64,000 nt of DNA. It comes from the human T2T-CHM13v2.0 reference genome, Homo sapiens. How positions within the stretch are numbered: position 1 is the first letter of the stretch; each line of letters starts with the position of its first letter. The translations under genes were made by a program, and so were the position numbers. The notes under the pieces are model-generated. The model saw only the letters and a list, made by a program, of their open reading frames with translations. It did no database searches and was not told where the DNA came from. This document shows positions 1 through 12,100 of this stretch, piece by piece. Where the stretch lies: assembly GCF_009914755.1 (NCBI RefSeq), contig NC_060925.1; one strand, given 5' to 3'.

Positions 1-90
1 TATGATCAAATGGAATCGAATGTAATCATCATCAAATGGAATCAAAAATAACCATCATCAATTGGTATTGAATGGAATTGTCATCAAATG

Positions 91-96
91 GAATTC
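91..96. other. EcoRI site GAATTC, one per unit, 160 bp upstream of the unit anchor
   Basis: TGGAATTCAAAGG at 91, 1867, 2930, 4215 and onward. This explains the classical 1.77-kb EcoRI fragment. Confidence 0.9.
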
Positions 97-120
97 AAAG
101 GAATCATCATCAAATGGAAC

Positions 121-1056
121 CGAATGGAATCCTCATTGAATGGAAATGAAAGGGGTCATCATCTTATGGAATCGCATGGAATCATCATCAAATGGAATCG
201 AATGGAATCATCATCAAATGGAATCTAATGGAATCATTGAACAGAATTGAATGGAATCGTCATCGAATGAATTGAATGCAATCATCGAATGGTCTCGAAT
301 GGAATCATCTTCTAATGGAAAGGAATGGAATCATCGCATAGAATCGAATGGAATTATCATCGAATGGAATCGAATGGTATCAACACCAAACGGAAAAAAA
401 CGGAATTATCGAATGGAATCGAAGAGAATCTTCGAACGGACCCGAATGGAATCATCTAATGGAATGGAATGGAATAATCCATGGACTCGAATGCAATCAT
501 CATCGAATGGAATCGAATGGAATCATCGAATGGACTCGAATGGAATAATCATTGAAAGGAATCGAATGGAATCATCATCGGATGGAAACGAATGGAATCA
601 TCATCGAATGGAAATGAAAGGAGTCATCATCTAATGCAATTGCATGGAATCATCATCAAATGGAATCGAATGGAATCAACATCAAATGGAATCTAATGGA
701 ATCATTGAACAGAATTGAATGGAATCGTCATCGAATGAATTGACTGCAATCATCGAATGGTCTCGAATGGAATCATCTTCAAATGGAATGGAATGGAATC
801 ATCGCATAGAATCGAATGGAATTATCATCGAATGGAATCGAATGGAATCAACATCAAACGGAAAAAAACGGAATTATCGAATGGAATCGAAGAGAATCAT
901 CGAATGGACCCGAATGGAATCATCTAATGGAATGGAATGGAATAATCCATGGACTCGAATGCAATCATCATCGAATGGAATCGAATGGAATCATCGAGTG
1001 GACTCGAATGGAATAATCATTGAACGGAATCGAATGGAATCATCATCGGATGGAAA
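121..1056 (+). repeat. Internal 468-bp tandem subrepeat pair within the unit (A 121-588, B 589-1056)
   Basis: CGGAAAAAAACGG, GAAGAGAATC and ATCCATGGACTC each occur twice, 468 bp apart (ORFs at 251 and 719). A-type alleles: AAAGGGGTC, TTGAATGC, CTAATGGAAAGG, GGTATCAACACC, CTTCGAACGG. B-type alleles: AAAGGAGTC, TTGACTGC, CAAATGGAATGG, GGAATCAACATC, CATCGAATGG. Confidence 0.93.
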
Positions 1057-2026
1057 TGAATGGAATCATCATCGAATGGAATCGAATAGAATTATGGAAT
1101 TAAATCCAGTGTGATCATCATCGAATGGACCCGAATGGAATCATCATCCAACGGAAGCTAATGGAATCAACATCGAATGAATCAAATGGAAACACCATCG
1201 AATTGAAACGAATGGAATTATCATGAAATTGAAATGGATGGACTCATCATCGAATGGATTCGAATGGAATCATCGAATAAAATTGATTGAAATCATCATC
1301 GAATGGAATCGAATGGTATCATTGAATGGAATCGAATGGAATCATCATCAGATGGAAATGAATGGAATCGTCATAGAATGGAATCGAATGGATTCATTGA
1401 ATGGAATCAGATGGAATCATCGAATGGACTGGAATGGAATCATTGAATGGACTCGAAAGGGATCATGATTGAATGGAATTGAATGGAATCATCGAATGGT
1501 CTCGATTGGAATCATTATCAAATGGAATCGAATGGAATCACCGAATAGAATCGAATGGAACAATCATCGAATGGACTCAAATGGAATTATCCTCAAATGG
1601 AATCGAATGGAATTATCGAATGCAATCGAATGGAATTATCGAATGCAATCGAATAGAATCATCGAATGGACTCGAATGGAATCATCGAATGGAATGGAAT
1701 GGAACAGTCAATGAACTCGAATGGAATCATCATTGAATGGAATCGAATGGAATCATCGAGTGGAATCGAATGGAATTATGATCAAATGGAATCGAATGTA
1801 ATCATCATCAAATGGAATCAAAAATAACCATCATCAATTGGTATTGAATGGAATTGTCATCAAATGGAATTCAAAGGAATCATCATCAAATGGAACCGAA
1901 TGGAATCCTCATTGAATGGAAATGAAAGGGGTCATCATCTAATGGAATCGCATGGAATCATCATCAAATGGAATCGAATGGAATCATCATCAAATGGAAT
2001 CTAATGGAATCATTGAACAGAATTGA
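251..2026 (+). repeat. Representative full-length 1776-bp unit (subrepeat A + subrepeat B + 840-bp tail). Other 1776-bp units start at 4375, 9169, 10945, 24682, 26458, 29987, 31763, 33539, 38398, 44913, 56261
   Basis: The anchor ATGGAATCGTCATCGAAT recurs at 251 and 2027, and e.g. 9169/10945/12721. Unit landmarks recur at the same spacing: AAAAATAACC, GAATTCAAAGG, AAAGGGGTC, CCAGTGTG, GGAACAGTC. Confidence 0.95.
1609..1654 (+). repeat. Perfect 2 x 23-bp tandem GGAATTATCGAATGCAATCGAAT in the unit tail
   Basis: Two copies in 1776-bp units; a single copy in the 1285-bp and 1753-bp units. Confidence 0.9.
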
Positions 2027-3089
2027 ATGGAATCGTCATCGAATTAATTGAATGCAATCATCGAATGGTCTCGAATGGAATCATCTTCTAATGGAAAGGA
2101 ATGGAATCATCGCATAGAATCGAATGGAATTATCATCGAATGGAATCGAATGGTATCAACACCAAACGGAAAAAAACGGAATTATCGAATGGAATCGAAG
2201 AGAATCTTCGAACGGACCCGAATGGAATCATCTAATGGAATGGAATGGAATAATCCATGGACTCGAATGCAATCATCATCGAATGGAATCGAATGGAATC
2301 ATCGAATGGACTCGAATGGAATAATCATTGAACGGAATCGAATGGAATCATCATCGGATGGAAACGAATGGAATCATCATCGAATGGAAATGAAAGGAGT
2401 CATCATCTAATGGAATTGCATGGAATCATCATAAAATGGAATCGAATGGAATCAACATCAAATCGAATCAAACGGAATCATTGAACGGAATTGAATGGAA
2501 TCGTCATCGAATGAATTGACTGCAATCATCGAATGGTCTCGAATGGAACCATCTTCAAATGGAATGGAATGGAATCATCGCATAGAATCGAATGGAATTA
2601 TCACCGAAAGCAATTGAATGGAATCAACATCAAACGGAAAAAAACGGAATTATCGAATGGAATCGAAGAGAATCATCGAATGGACCCGAATGGAATCATC
2701 TAATGGAATGGAATGGAATAATCCATGGACTCGAATGCAATCATCATCGAATGGAATCGAATGGAATCATCGAATGAACTCGAATGGAATCATCATTGAA
2801 TGGAATCGAATGGAATCATCGAGTGGAATCGAATGGAATTATGATCAAATGGAATCGAATGTAATCATCATCAAATGGAATCAAAAATAACCATCATCAA
2901 TTGGTATTCAATGGAATTGTCATCAAATGGAATTCAAAGGAATCATCATCAAATGGAACCGAATGGAATCCTCATTGAATGGAAATGAAAGGGGTCATCA
3001 TCTAATGGAATCACATGGAATCATCATCAAATGGAATCGAATGGAATCTTCATCAAATGGAATCTAATGGAATCATTGAACAGAATTGA
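2027..3089 (+). repeat. 1063-bp deletion-variant unit (-713 bp). Copies at 2027, 6151, 12721, 40174, 51522
   Basis: B subrepeat is joined directly to the end of the tail at ATCATCGAATG|AACTCG (~2776). Private markers: TCACCGAAAGCAATTG, AAATCGAATCAAACGG, GGTATTCAATGG. Confidence 0.92.
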
Positions 3090-4374
3090 ATGGAATCGTC
3101 ATCGAATGAATTGAATGCAATCATCGAATGGTCTCGAATGGAATCATCTTCTAATGGAAAGGAATGGAATCATCGCATAGAATCGAATGGAATTATCATC
3201 GAATGGAATCGAATGGTATCAACACCAAACGGAAAAAAACGGAATTATCGAAAGGAATCGAAGAGAATCTTCGAACGGACCCGAATGGAATCATCTAATG
3301 GAATGGAATGGAATAATCCATGGACTCGAATGCAATCATCATCGAATGGAATCGAATGGAATCATCGAATGGACTCGAATGGAATAATCATTGAACGCAA
3401 TCGAATGGAATCATCATCGGATGGAAATGAATGGAATCATCATCGAATGGAATCGAATAGAATTATGGAATGAAATCCAGTGTGATCATCATCGAATGGA
3501 CCCGAATGGAATCATCATCCAACAGAAGCTAATGGAATCAACATCGAATGAATCGAATGGAAACACCATCGAATTCAAACGAATGGAATTACCATGAAAT
3601 TGAAATGGATGGACTCATCATCGAATGGATTCGGATGGAATCATCGAATAAAATTGATTGAAATCATCATCGAATGAAATCGAATGGTATCATTGAATGG
3701 AATCGAATGGAATCATCATCAGATGGAAATGAATGGAATCGTCATAGAATGGAATCGAATGGATTCATTGAATGGAATCAGATGGAATCATCGAATGGAC
3801 TGGAATGGAATCATTGAATGGACTCGAAAGGGATCATGATTGAATGGAATTGAATGGAATCATCGAATGGTCTCGATTGGAATCATTTTTAAATGGAATC
3901 GAATGGAATCACCGAATAGAATCGAATGGAACAATCATCGAATGGACTCAAATGGAATTATCCTTAAATGGAATCGAATGGAATTATCGAATGCAATCGA
4001 ATAGAATCATCGAATGGACTCGAATGGAATCATCGAATGGAATGGAATGGAACAGTCAATGTACTCGAATGGAATCATCATTGAATGGAATCGAATGGAA
4101 TCATCGAGTGGAATCGAATGGAATTATGATCAAATGGAATCGAATCTAATCATCATCAAATGGAATCAAAAATAACCATCATCAATTGGTATTGAATGGA
4201 ATTGTCATCAAATGGAATTCAAAGGAATCATCATCAAATGGAACCGAATGGAATCCTCATTGAATGGAAATGAAAGGGGTCATCATCTAATGGAATCGCA
4301 TGGAATCATCATCAAATGGAATCGAATGGAATCATCATCAAATGGAATCTAATGGAATCATTGAACAGAATTGA
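3090..4374 (+). repeat. 1285-bp variant unit (-468 -23 bp). Copies at 3090, 7214, 13784, 21006, 41237, 52585
   Basis: A single A-type subrepeat runs directly into the tail, with one 23-mer. Private markers: TCGAAAGGAATC, AACGCAATC, CAACAGAAGC, ATCGAATTCAAAC, TTCGGATGG, CCTTAAATGG. Confidence 0.92.
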
Positions 4375-7300
4375 ATGGAATCGTCATCGAATGAATTGAA
4401 TGCAATCATCGAATGGTCTCGAATGGAATCATCTTCTAATGGAAAGGAATGGAATCATCGCTTAGAATCGAATGGAATTATCATCGAATGGAATCGAATG
4501 GTATCAACACCAAACGGAAAAAAACGGAATTATCGAATGGAATCGAAGAGAATCTTCGAACGGACCCGAATGGAATCATCTAATGGAATGGAATGGAATA
4601 ATCCATGGACTCGAATGCAATCATCATCGAATGGAATCGAATGGAATCATCGAATGGACTCGAATGGAATAATCATTGAAAGGAATCGAATGGAATCATC
4701 ATCGGATGGAAACGAATGGAATCATCATCGAATGGAAATGAAAGGAGTCATCATCTAATGCAATTGCATGGAATCATCATCAAATGGAATCGAATGGAAT
4801 CAACATCAAATGGAATCTAATGGAATCATTGAACAGAATTGAATGGAATCGTCATCGAATGAATTGACTGCAATCATCGAATGGTCTCGAATGGAATCAT
4901 CTTCAAATGGAATGGAATGGAATCATCGCATAGAATCGAATGGAATTATCATCGAATGGAATCGAATGGAATCAACATCAAACGGAAAAAAACGGAATTA
5001 TCGAATGGAATCGAAGAGAATCATCGAATGGACCCGAATGGAATCATCTAATGGAATGGAATGGAATAATCCATGGACTCGAATGCAATCATCATCGAAT
5101 GGAATCGAATGGAATCATCGAGTGGACTCGAATGGAATAATCATTGAACGGAATCGAATGGAATCATCATCGGATGGAAATGAATGGAATCATCATCGAA
5201 TGGAATCGAATAGAATTATGGAATTAAATCCAGTGTGATCATCATCGAATGGACCCGAATGGAATCATCATCCAACGGAAGCTAATGGAATCAACATCGA
5301 ATGAATCAAATGGAAACACCATCGAATTGAAACGAATGGAATTATCATGAAATTGAAATGGATGGAGTCATCATCGAATGGATTCGAATGGAATCATCGA
5401 ATAAAATTTATTGAAATCATCATCGAATGGAATCGAATGGTATCATTGAATGGAATCGAATGGAATCATCATCAGATGGAAATGAATGGAATCGTCATAG
5501 AATGGAATCGAATGGATTCATTGAATGGAATCAGATGGAATCATCGAATGGACTGGAATGGAATCATTGAATGGACTCGAAAGGGATCATGATTGAATGG
5601 AATTGAATGGAATCATCGAATGGTCTCGATTGGAATCATTATCAAATGGAATCGAATGGAATCACCGAATAGAATCGAATGGAACAATCATCGAATGGAC
5701 TCAAATGGAATTATCCTCCAATGGAATCGAATGGAATTATCGAATGCAATCGAATGGAATTATCGAATGCAATCGAATAGAATCATCGAATGGACTCGAA
5801 TGGAATCATCGAATGGAATGGAATGGAACAGTCAATGAACTCGAATGGAATCATCATTGAATGGAATCGAATGGAATCATCGAGTGGAATCGAATGGAAT
5901 TATGATCAAATGGAATCGAATGTAATCATCATCAAATGGAATCAAAAATAACCATCATCAATTGGTATTGAATGGAATTGTCATCAAATGGAATTCAAAG
6001 GAATCATCATCAAATGGAACCGAATGGAATCCTCATTGAATGGAAATGAAAGGGGTCATCATCTAATGGAATCGCATGGAATCATCATCAAATGGAATCG
6101 AATGGAATCATCATCAAATGGAATCTAATGGAATCATTGAACAGAATTGAATGGAATCGTCATCGAATTAATTGAATGCAATCATCGAATGGTCTCGAAT
6201 GGAATCATCTTCTAATGGAAAGGAATGGAATCATCGCATAGAATCGAATGGAATTATCATCGAATGGAATCGAATGGTATCAACACCAAACGGAAAAAAA
6301 CGGAATTATCGAATGGAATCGAAGAGAATCTTCGAACGGACCCGAATGGAATCATCTAATGGAATGGAATGGAATAATCCATGGACTCGAATGCAATCAT
6401 CATCGAATGGAATCGAATGGAATCATCGAATGGACTCGAATGGAATAATCATTGAACGGAATCGAATGGAATCATCATCGGATGGAAACGAATGGAATCA
6501 TCATCGAATGGAAATGAAAGGAGTCATCATCTAATGGAATTGCATGGAATCATCATAAAATGGAATCGAATGGAATCAACATCAAATCGAATCAAACGGA
6601 ATCATTGAACGGAATTGAATGGAATCGTCATCGAATGAATTGACTGCAATCATCGAATGGTCTCGAATGGAACCATCTTCAAATGGAATGGAATGGAATC
6701 ATCGCATAGAATCGAATGGAATTATCACCGAAAGCAATTGAATGGAATCAACATCAAACGGAAAAAAACGGAATTATCGAATGGAATCGAAGAGAATCAT
6801 CGAATGGACCCGAATGGAATCATCTAATGGAATGGAATGGAATAATCCATGGACTCGAATGCAATCATCATCGAATGGAATCGAATGGAATCATCGAATG
6901 AACTCGAATGGAATCATCATTGAATGGAATCGAATGGAATCATCGAGTGGAATCGAATGGAATTATGATCAAATGGAATCGAATGTAATCATCATCAAAT
7001 GGAATCAAAAATAACCATCATCAATTGGTATTCAATGGAATTGTCATCAAATGGAATTCAAAGGAATCATCATCAAATGGAACCGAATGGAATCCTCATT
7101 GAATGGAAATGAAAGGGGTCATCATCTAATGGAATCACATGGAATCATCATCAAATGGAATCGAATGGAATCTTCATCAAATGGAATCTAATGGAATCAT
7201 TGAACAGAATTGAATGGAATCGTCATCGAATGAATTGAATGCAATCATCGAATGGTCTCGAATGGAATCATCTTCTAATGGAAAGGAATGGAATCATCGC

Positions 7301-8498
7301 ATAGAATCGAATGGAATTATCATCGAATGGAATCGAATGGTATCAACACCAAACGGAAAAAAACGGAATTATCGAAAGGAATCGAAGAGAATCTTCGAAC
7401 GGACCCGAATGGAATCATCTAATGGAATGGAATGGAATAATCCATGGACTCGAATGCAATCATCATCGAATGGAATCGAATGGAATCATCGAATGGACTC
7501 GAATGGAATAATCATTGAACGCAATCGAATGGAATCATCATCGGATGGAAATGAATGGAATCATCATCGAATGGAATCGAATAGAATTATGGAATGAAAT
7601 CCAGTGTGATCATCATCGAATGGACCCGAATGGAATCATCATCCAACAGAAGCTAATGGAATCAACATCGAATGAATCGAATGGAAACACCATCGAATTC
7701 AAACGAATGGAATTACCATGAAATTGAAATGGATGGACTCATCATCGAATGGATTCGGATGGAATCATCGAATAAAATTGATTGAAATCATCATCGAATG
7801 AAATCGAATGGTATCATTGAATGGAATCGAATGGAATCATCATCAGATGGAAATGAATGGAATCGTCATAGAATGGAATCGAATGGATTCATTGAATGGA
7901 ATCAGATGGAATCATCGAATGGACTGGAATGGAATCATTGAATGGACTCGAAAGGGATCATGATTGAATGGAATTGAATGGAATCATCGAATGGTCTCGA
8001 TTGGAATCATTTTTAAATGGAATCGAATGGAATCACCGAATAGAATCGAATGGAACAATCATCGAATGGACTCAAATGGAATTATCCTTAAATGGAATCG
8101 AATGGAATTATCGAATGCAATCGAATAGAATCATCGAATGGACTCGAATGGAATCATCGAATGGAATGGAATGGAACAGTCAATGAACTCGAATGGAATC
8201 ATCATTGAATGGAATCGAATGGAATCATCGAGTGGAATCGAATGGAATTATGATCAAATGGAATCGAATCTAATCATCATCAAATGGAATCAAAAATAAC
8301 CATCATCAATTGGTATTGAATGGAATTGTCATCAAATGGAATTCAAAGGAATCATCATCAAATGGAACCGAATGGAATCCTCATTGAATGGAAATGAAAG
8401 GGGTCATCATCTAATGGAATCGCATGGAATCATCATCAAATGGAATCGAATGGAATCATCATCAAATGGAATCTAATGGAATCATTGAACAGAATTGA

Positions 8499-9168
8499 AT
8501 GGAATCGTCATCGAATGAATTGAATGCAATCATCGAATGGTCTCGAATGGAATCATCTTCTAATGGAAAGGAATGGAATCATCGCTTAGAATCGAATGGA
8601 ATTATCATCGAATGGAATCGAATGGTATCAACACCAAACGGAAAAAAACGGAATTATCGAATGGAATCGAAGAGAATCTTCGAACGGACCCGAATGGAAT
8701 CATCTAATGGAATGGAATGGAATAATCCATGGACTCGAATGCAATCATCATCGAATGGAATCGAATGGAATCATCGAATGGACTCGAATGGAATAATCAT
8801 TGAACGGAATCGAATGGAATCATCATCGGATGGAAACGAATGGAATCATCGAATGAACTCGAATGGAATCATCATTGAATGGAATCGAATGGAATCATCG
8901 AGTGGAATCGAATGGAATTATGATCAAATGTAATCGAATGTAATCATCATCAAATGGAATCAAAAATAACCATCATCAATTGGTATTGAATGGAATTGTC
9001 ATCAAATGGAATTCAAAGGAATCATCATCAAATGGAACCGAATGGAATCCTCATTGAATGGAAATGAAAGGGGTCATCATCTAATGGAATCGCATGGAAT
9101 CATCATCAAATGGAATCGAATGGAATCATCATCAAATGGAATCTAATGGAATCATTGAACAGAATTGA
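8499..9168 (+). repeat. Single 670-bp unit (-1106 bp)
   Basis: End of the A subrepeat is joined to the end of the tail at GGAAACGAATGGAATCATCGAATGAACTCG (~8833-8861). Confidence 0.9.
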
Positions 9169-12100
9169 ATGGAATCGTCATCGAATGAATTGAATGCAAT
9201 CATCGAATGGTCTCGAATGGAATCATCTTCTAATGGAAAGGAATGGAATCATCGCATAGAATCGAATGGAATTATCATCGAATGGAATCGAATGGTATCA
9301 ACACCAAACGGAAAAAAACGGAATTATCGAATGGAATCGAAGAGAATCTTCGAACGGACCCGAATGGAATCATCTAATGGAATGGAATGGAATAATCCAT
9401 GGACTCGAATGCAATCATCATCGAATGGAATCGAATGGAATCATCGAATGGACTCGAATGGAATAATCATTGAACGGAATCGAATGGAATCATCATCGGA
9501 TGGAAACGAATGGAATCATCATCGAATGGAAATGAAAGGAGTCATCATCTAATGGAATTGCATGGAATCATCATAAAATGGAATCGAATGGAATCAACAT
9601 CAAATGGAATCAAATGGAATCATTGAACGGAATTGAATGGAATCGTCATCGAATGAATTGACTGCAATCATCGAATGGTCTCGAATGGAATCATCTTCAA
9701 ATGGAATGGAATGGAATCATCGCATAGAATCGAATGGAATTATCATCGAATGGAATGGAATGGAATCAACATCAAACGGAAAAAAACGGAATTATCGAAT
9801 GGAATCGAAGAGAATCATCGAATGGACCCGAATGGAATCATCTAATGGAATGGAATGGAATAATCCATGGACTCGAATGCAATCATCATCGAATGGAATC
9901 GAATGGAATCATCGAATGGACTCGAATGGAATAATCATTGAACGGAATCGAATGGAATCATCATCGGATGGAAATGAATGGAATCATCATCGAATGGAAT
10001 CGAATAGAATTATGGAATGAAATCCAGTGTGATCATCATCGAATGGACCCGAATGGAATCATCATCCAACGGAAGCTAATGGAATCAACATCGAATGAAT
10101 CGAATGGAAACACCATCGAATTGAAACGAATGGAATTATCATGAAATTGAAATGGATGGACTCATCATCGAATGGATTCGAATGGAATCATCGAATAAAA
10201 TTGATTGAAATCATCATCGAATGGAATCGAATGGTATCATTGAATGGAATCGAATGGAATCATAATCAGATGGAAATGAATGGAATCGTCATAGAATGGA
10301 ATCGAATGGATTCATTGAATGGAATCAGATGGAATCATCGAATGGACTGGAATGGAATCATTGAATGGACTTGAAAGGGATCATGATTGAATGGAATTGA
10401 ATGGAATCATCGAATGGTCTCGATTGGAATCATTATCAAATGGAATCGAATGGAATCACCGAATAGAATCGAATGGAACAATCATCGAATGGACTCAAAT
10501 GGAATTATCCTCAAATGGAATCGAATGGAATTATCGAATGCAATCGAATGGAATTATCGAATGCAATCGAATAGAATCATCGAATGGACTCGAATGGAAT
10601 CATCGAATGGAATGGAATGGAACAGTCAATGAACACGAATGGAATCATCATTGAATGGAACCGAATGGAATCATCGAGTGGAATCGAATGGAATTATGAT
10701 CAAATGGAATCGAATGTAATCATCATCAAATGGAATCAAAAATAACCATCATCAATTGGTATTGAATGGAATTGTCATCAAATGGAATTCAAAGGAATCA
10801 TCATCAAATGGAACCGAATGGAATCCTCATTGAATGGAAATGAAAGGGGTCATCATCTTATGGAATCGCATGGAATCATCATCAAATGGAATCGAATGGA
10901 ATCATCATCAAATGGAATCTAATGGAATCATTGAACAGAATTGAATGGAATCGTCATCGAATGAATTGAATGCAATCATCGAATGGTCTCGAATGGAATC
11001 ATCTTCTAATGGAAAGGAATGGAATCATCGCATAGAATCGAATGGAATTATCATCGAATGGAATCGAATGGTATCAACACCAAACGGAAAAAAACGGAAT
11101 TATCGAATGGAATCGAAGAGAATCTTCGAACGGACCCGAATGGAATCATCTAATGGAATGGAATGGAATAATCCATGGACTCGAATGCAATCATCATCGA
11201 ATGGAATCGAATGGAATCATCGAATGGACTCGAATGGAATAATCATTGAAAGGAATCGAATGGAATCATCATCGGATGGAAACGAATGGAATCATCATCG
11301 AATGGAAATGAAAGGAGTCATCATCTAATGCAATTGTATGGAATCATCATCAAATGGAATCGAATGGAATCAACATCAAATGGAATCTAATGGAATCATT
11401 GAACAGAATTGAATGGAATCGTCATCGAATGAATTGACTGCAATCATCGAATGGTCTCGAATGGAATCATCTTCAAATGGAATGGAATGGAATCATCGCA
11501 TAGAATCGAATGGAATTATCATCGAATGGAATCGAATGGAATCAACATCAAACGGAAAAAAACGGAATTATCGAATGGAATCGAAGAGAATCATCGAATG
11601 GACCCGAATGGAATCATCTAATGGAATGGAATGGAATAATCCATGGACTCGAATGCAATCATCATCGAATGGAATCGAATGGAATCATCGAGTGGACTCG
11701 AATGGAATAATCATTGAACGGAATCGAATGGAATCATCATCGGATGGAAATGAATGGAATCATCATCGAATGGAATCGAATAGAATTATGGAATGAAATC
11801 CAGTGTGATCATCATCGAATGGACCCGAATGGAATCATCATCCAACGGAAGCTAATGGAATCAACATCGAATGAATCAAATGGAAACACCATCGAATTGA
11901 AACGAATGGAATTATCATGAAATTGAAATGGATGGACTCATCATCGAATAGATTCGAATGGAATCATCGAATAAAATTGATTGAAATCATCATCGAATGG
12001 AATCGAATGGTATCATTGAATGGAATCGAATGGAATCATCATCAGATGGAAATGAATGGAATCGTCATAGAATGGAATCGAATGGATTCATTGAATGGAA

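Larger units (their letters stand above)
339..8804 (+). repeat. 4124-bp tandem duplication (1776+1063+1285); a third related copy lies at ~10945-15068
   Basis: ORF patterns are offset by 4124 (251/4375/8499, 2048/6172, 3090/7214). Shared rare alleles: ATTGAAAGG, CGAGTGGACTC, GGAATTAAATCC. Coordinates give the maximal extent. Confidence 0.88.

Noticed and set aside
425-440. Heat-shock element-like AGAATCTTCG in A subrepeats
   Set aside because: Only two inverted nGAAn units; a canonical HSE needs three. Expected by chance in GAA-rich satellite.
1275-1295. AATAAA poly(A) signal and DUX4-like TGATTGAAAT in the unit tail
   Set aside because: A short motif and a partial match only; there is no independent support from sequence for a functional site.
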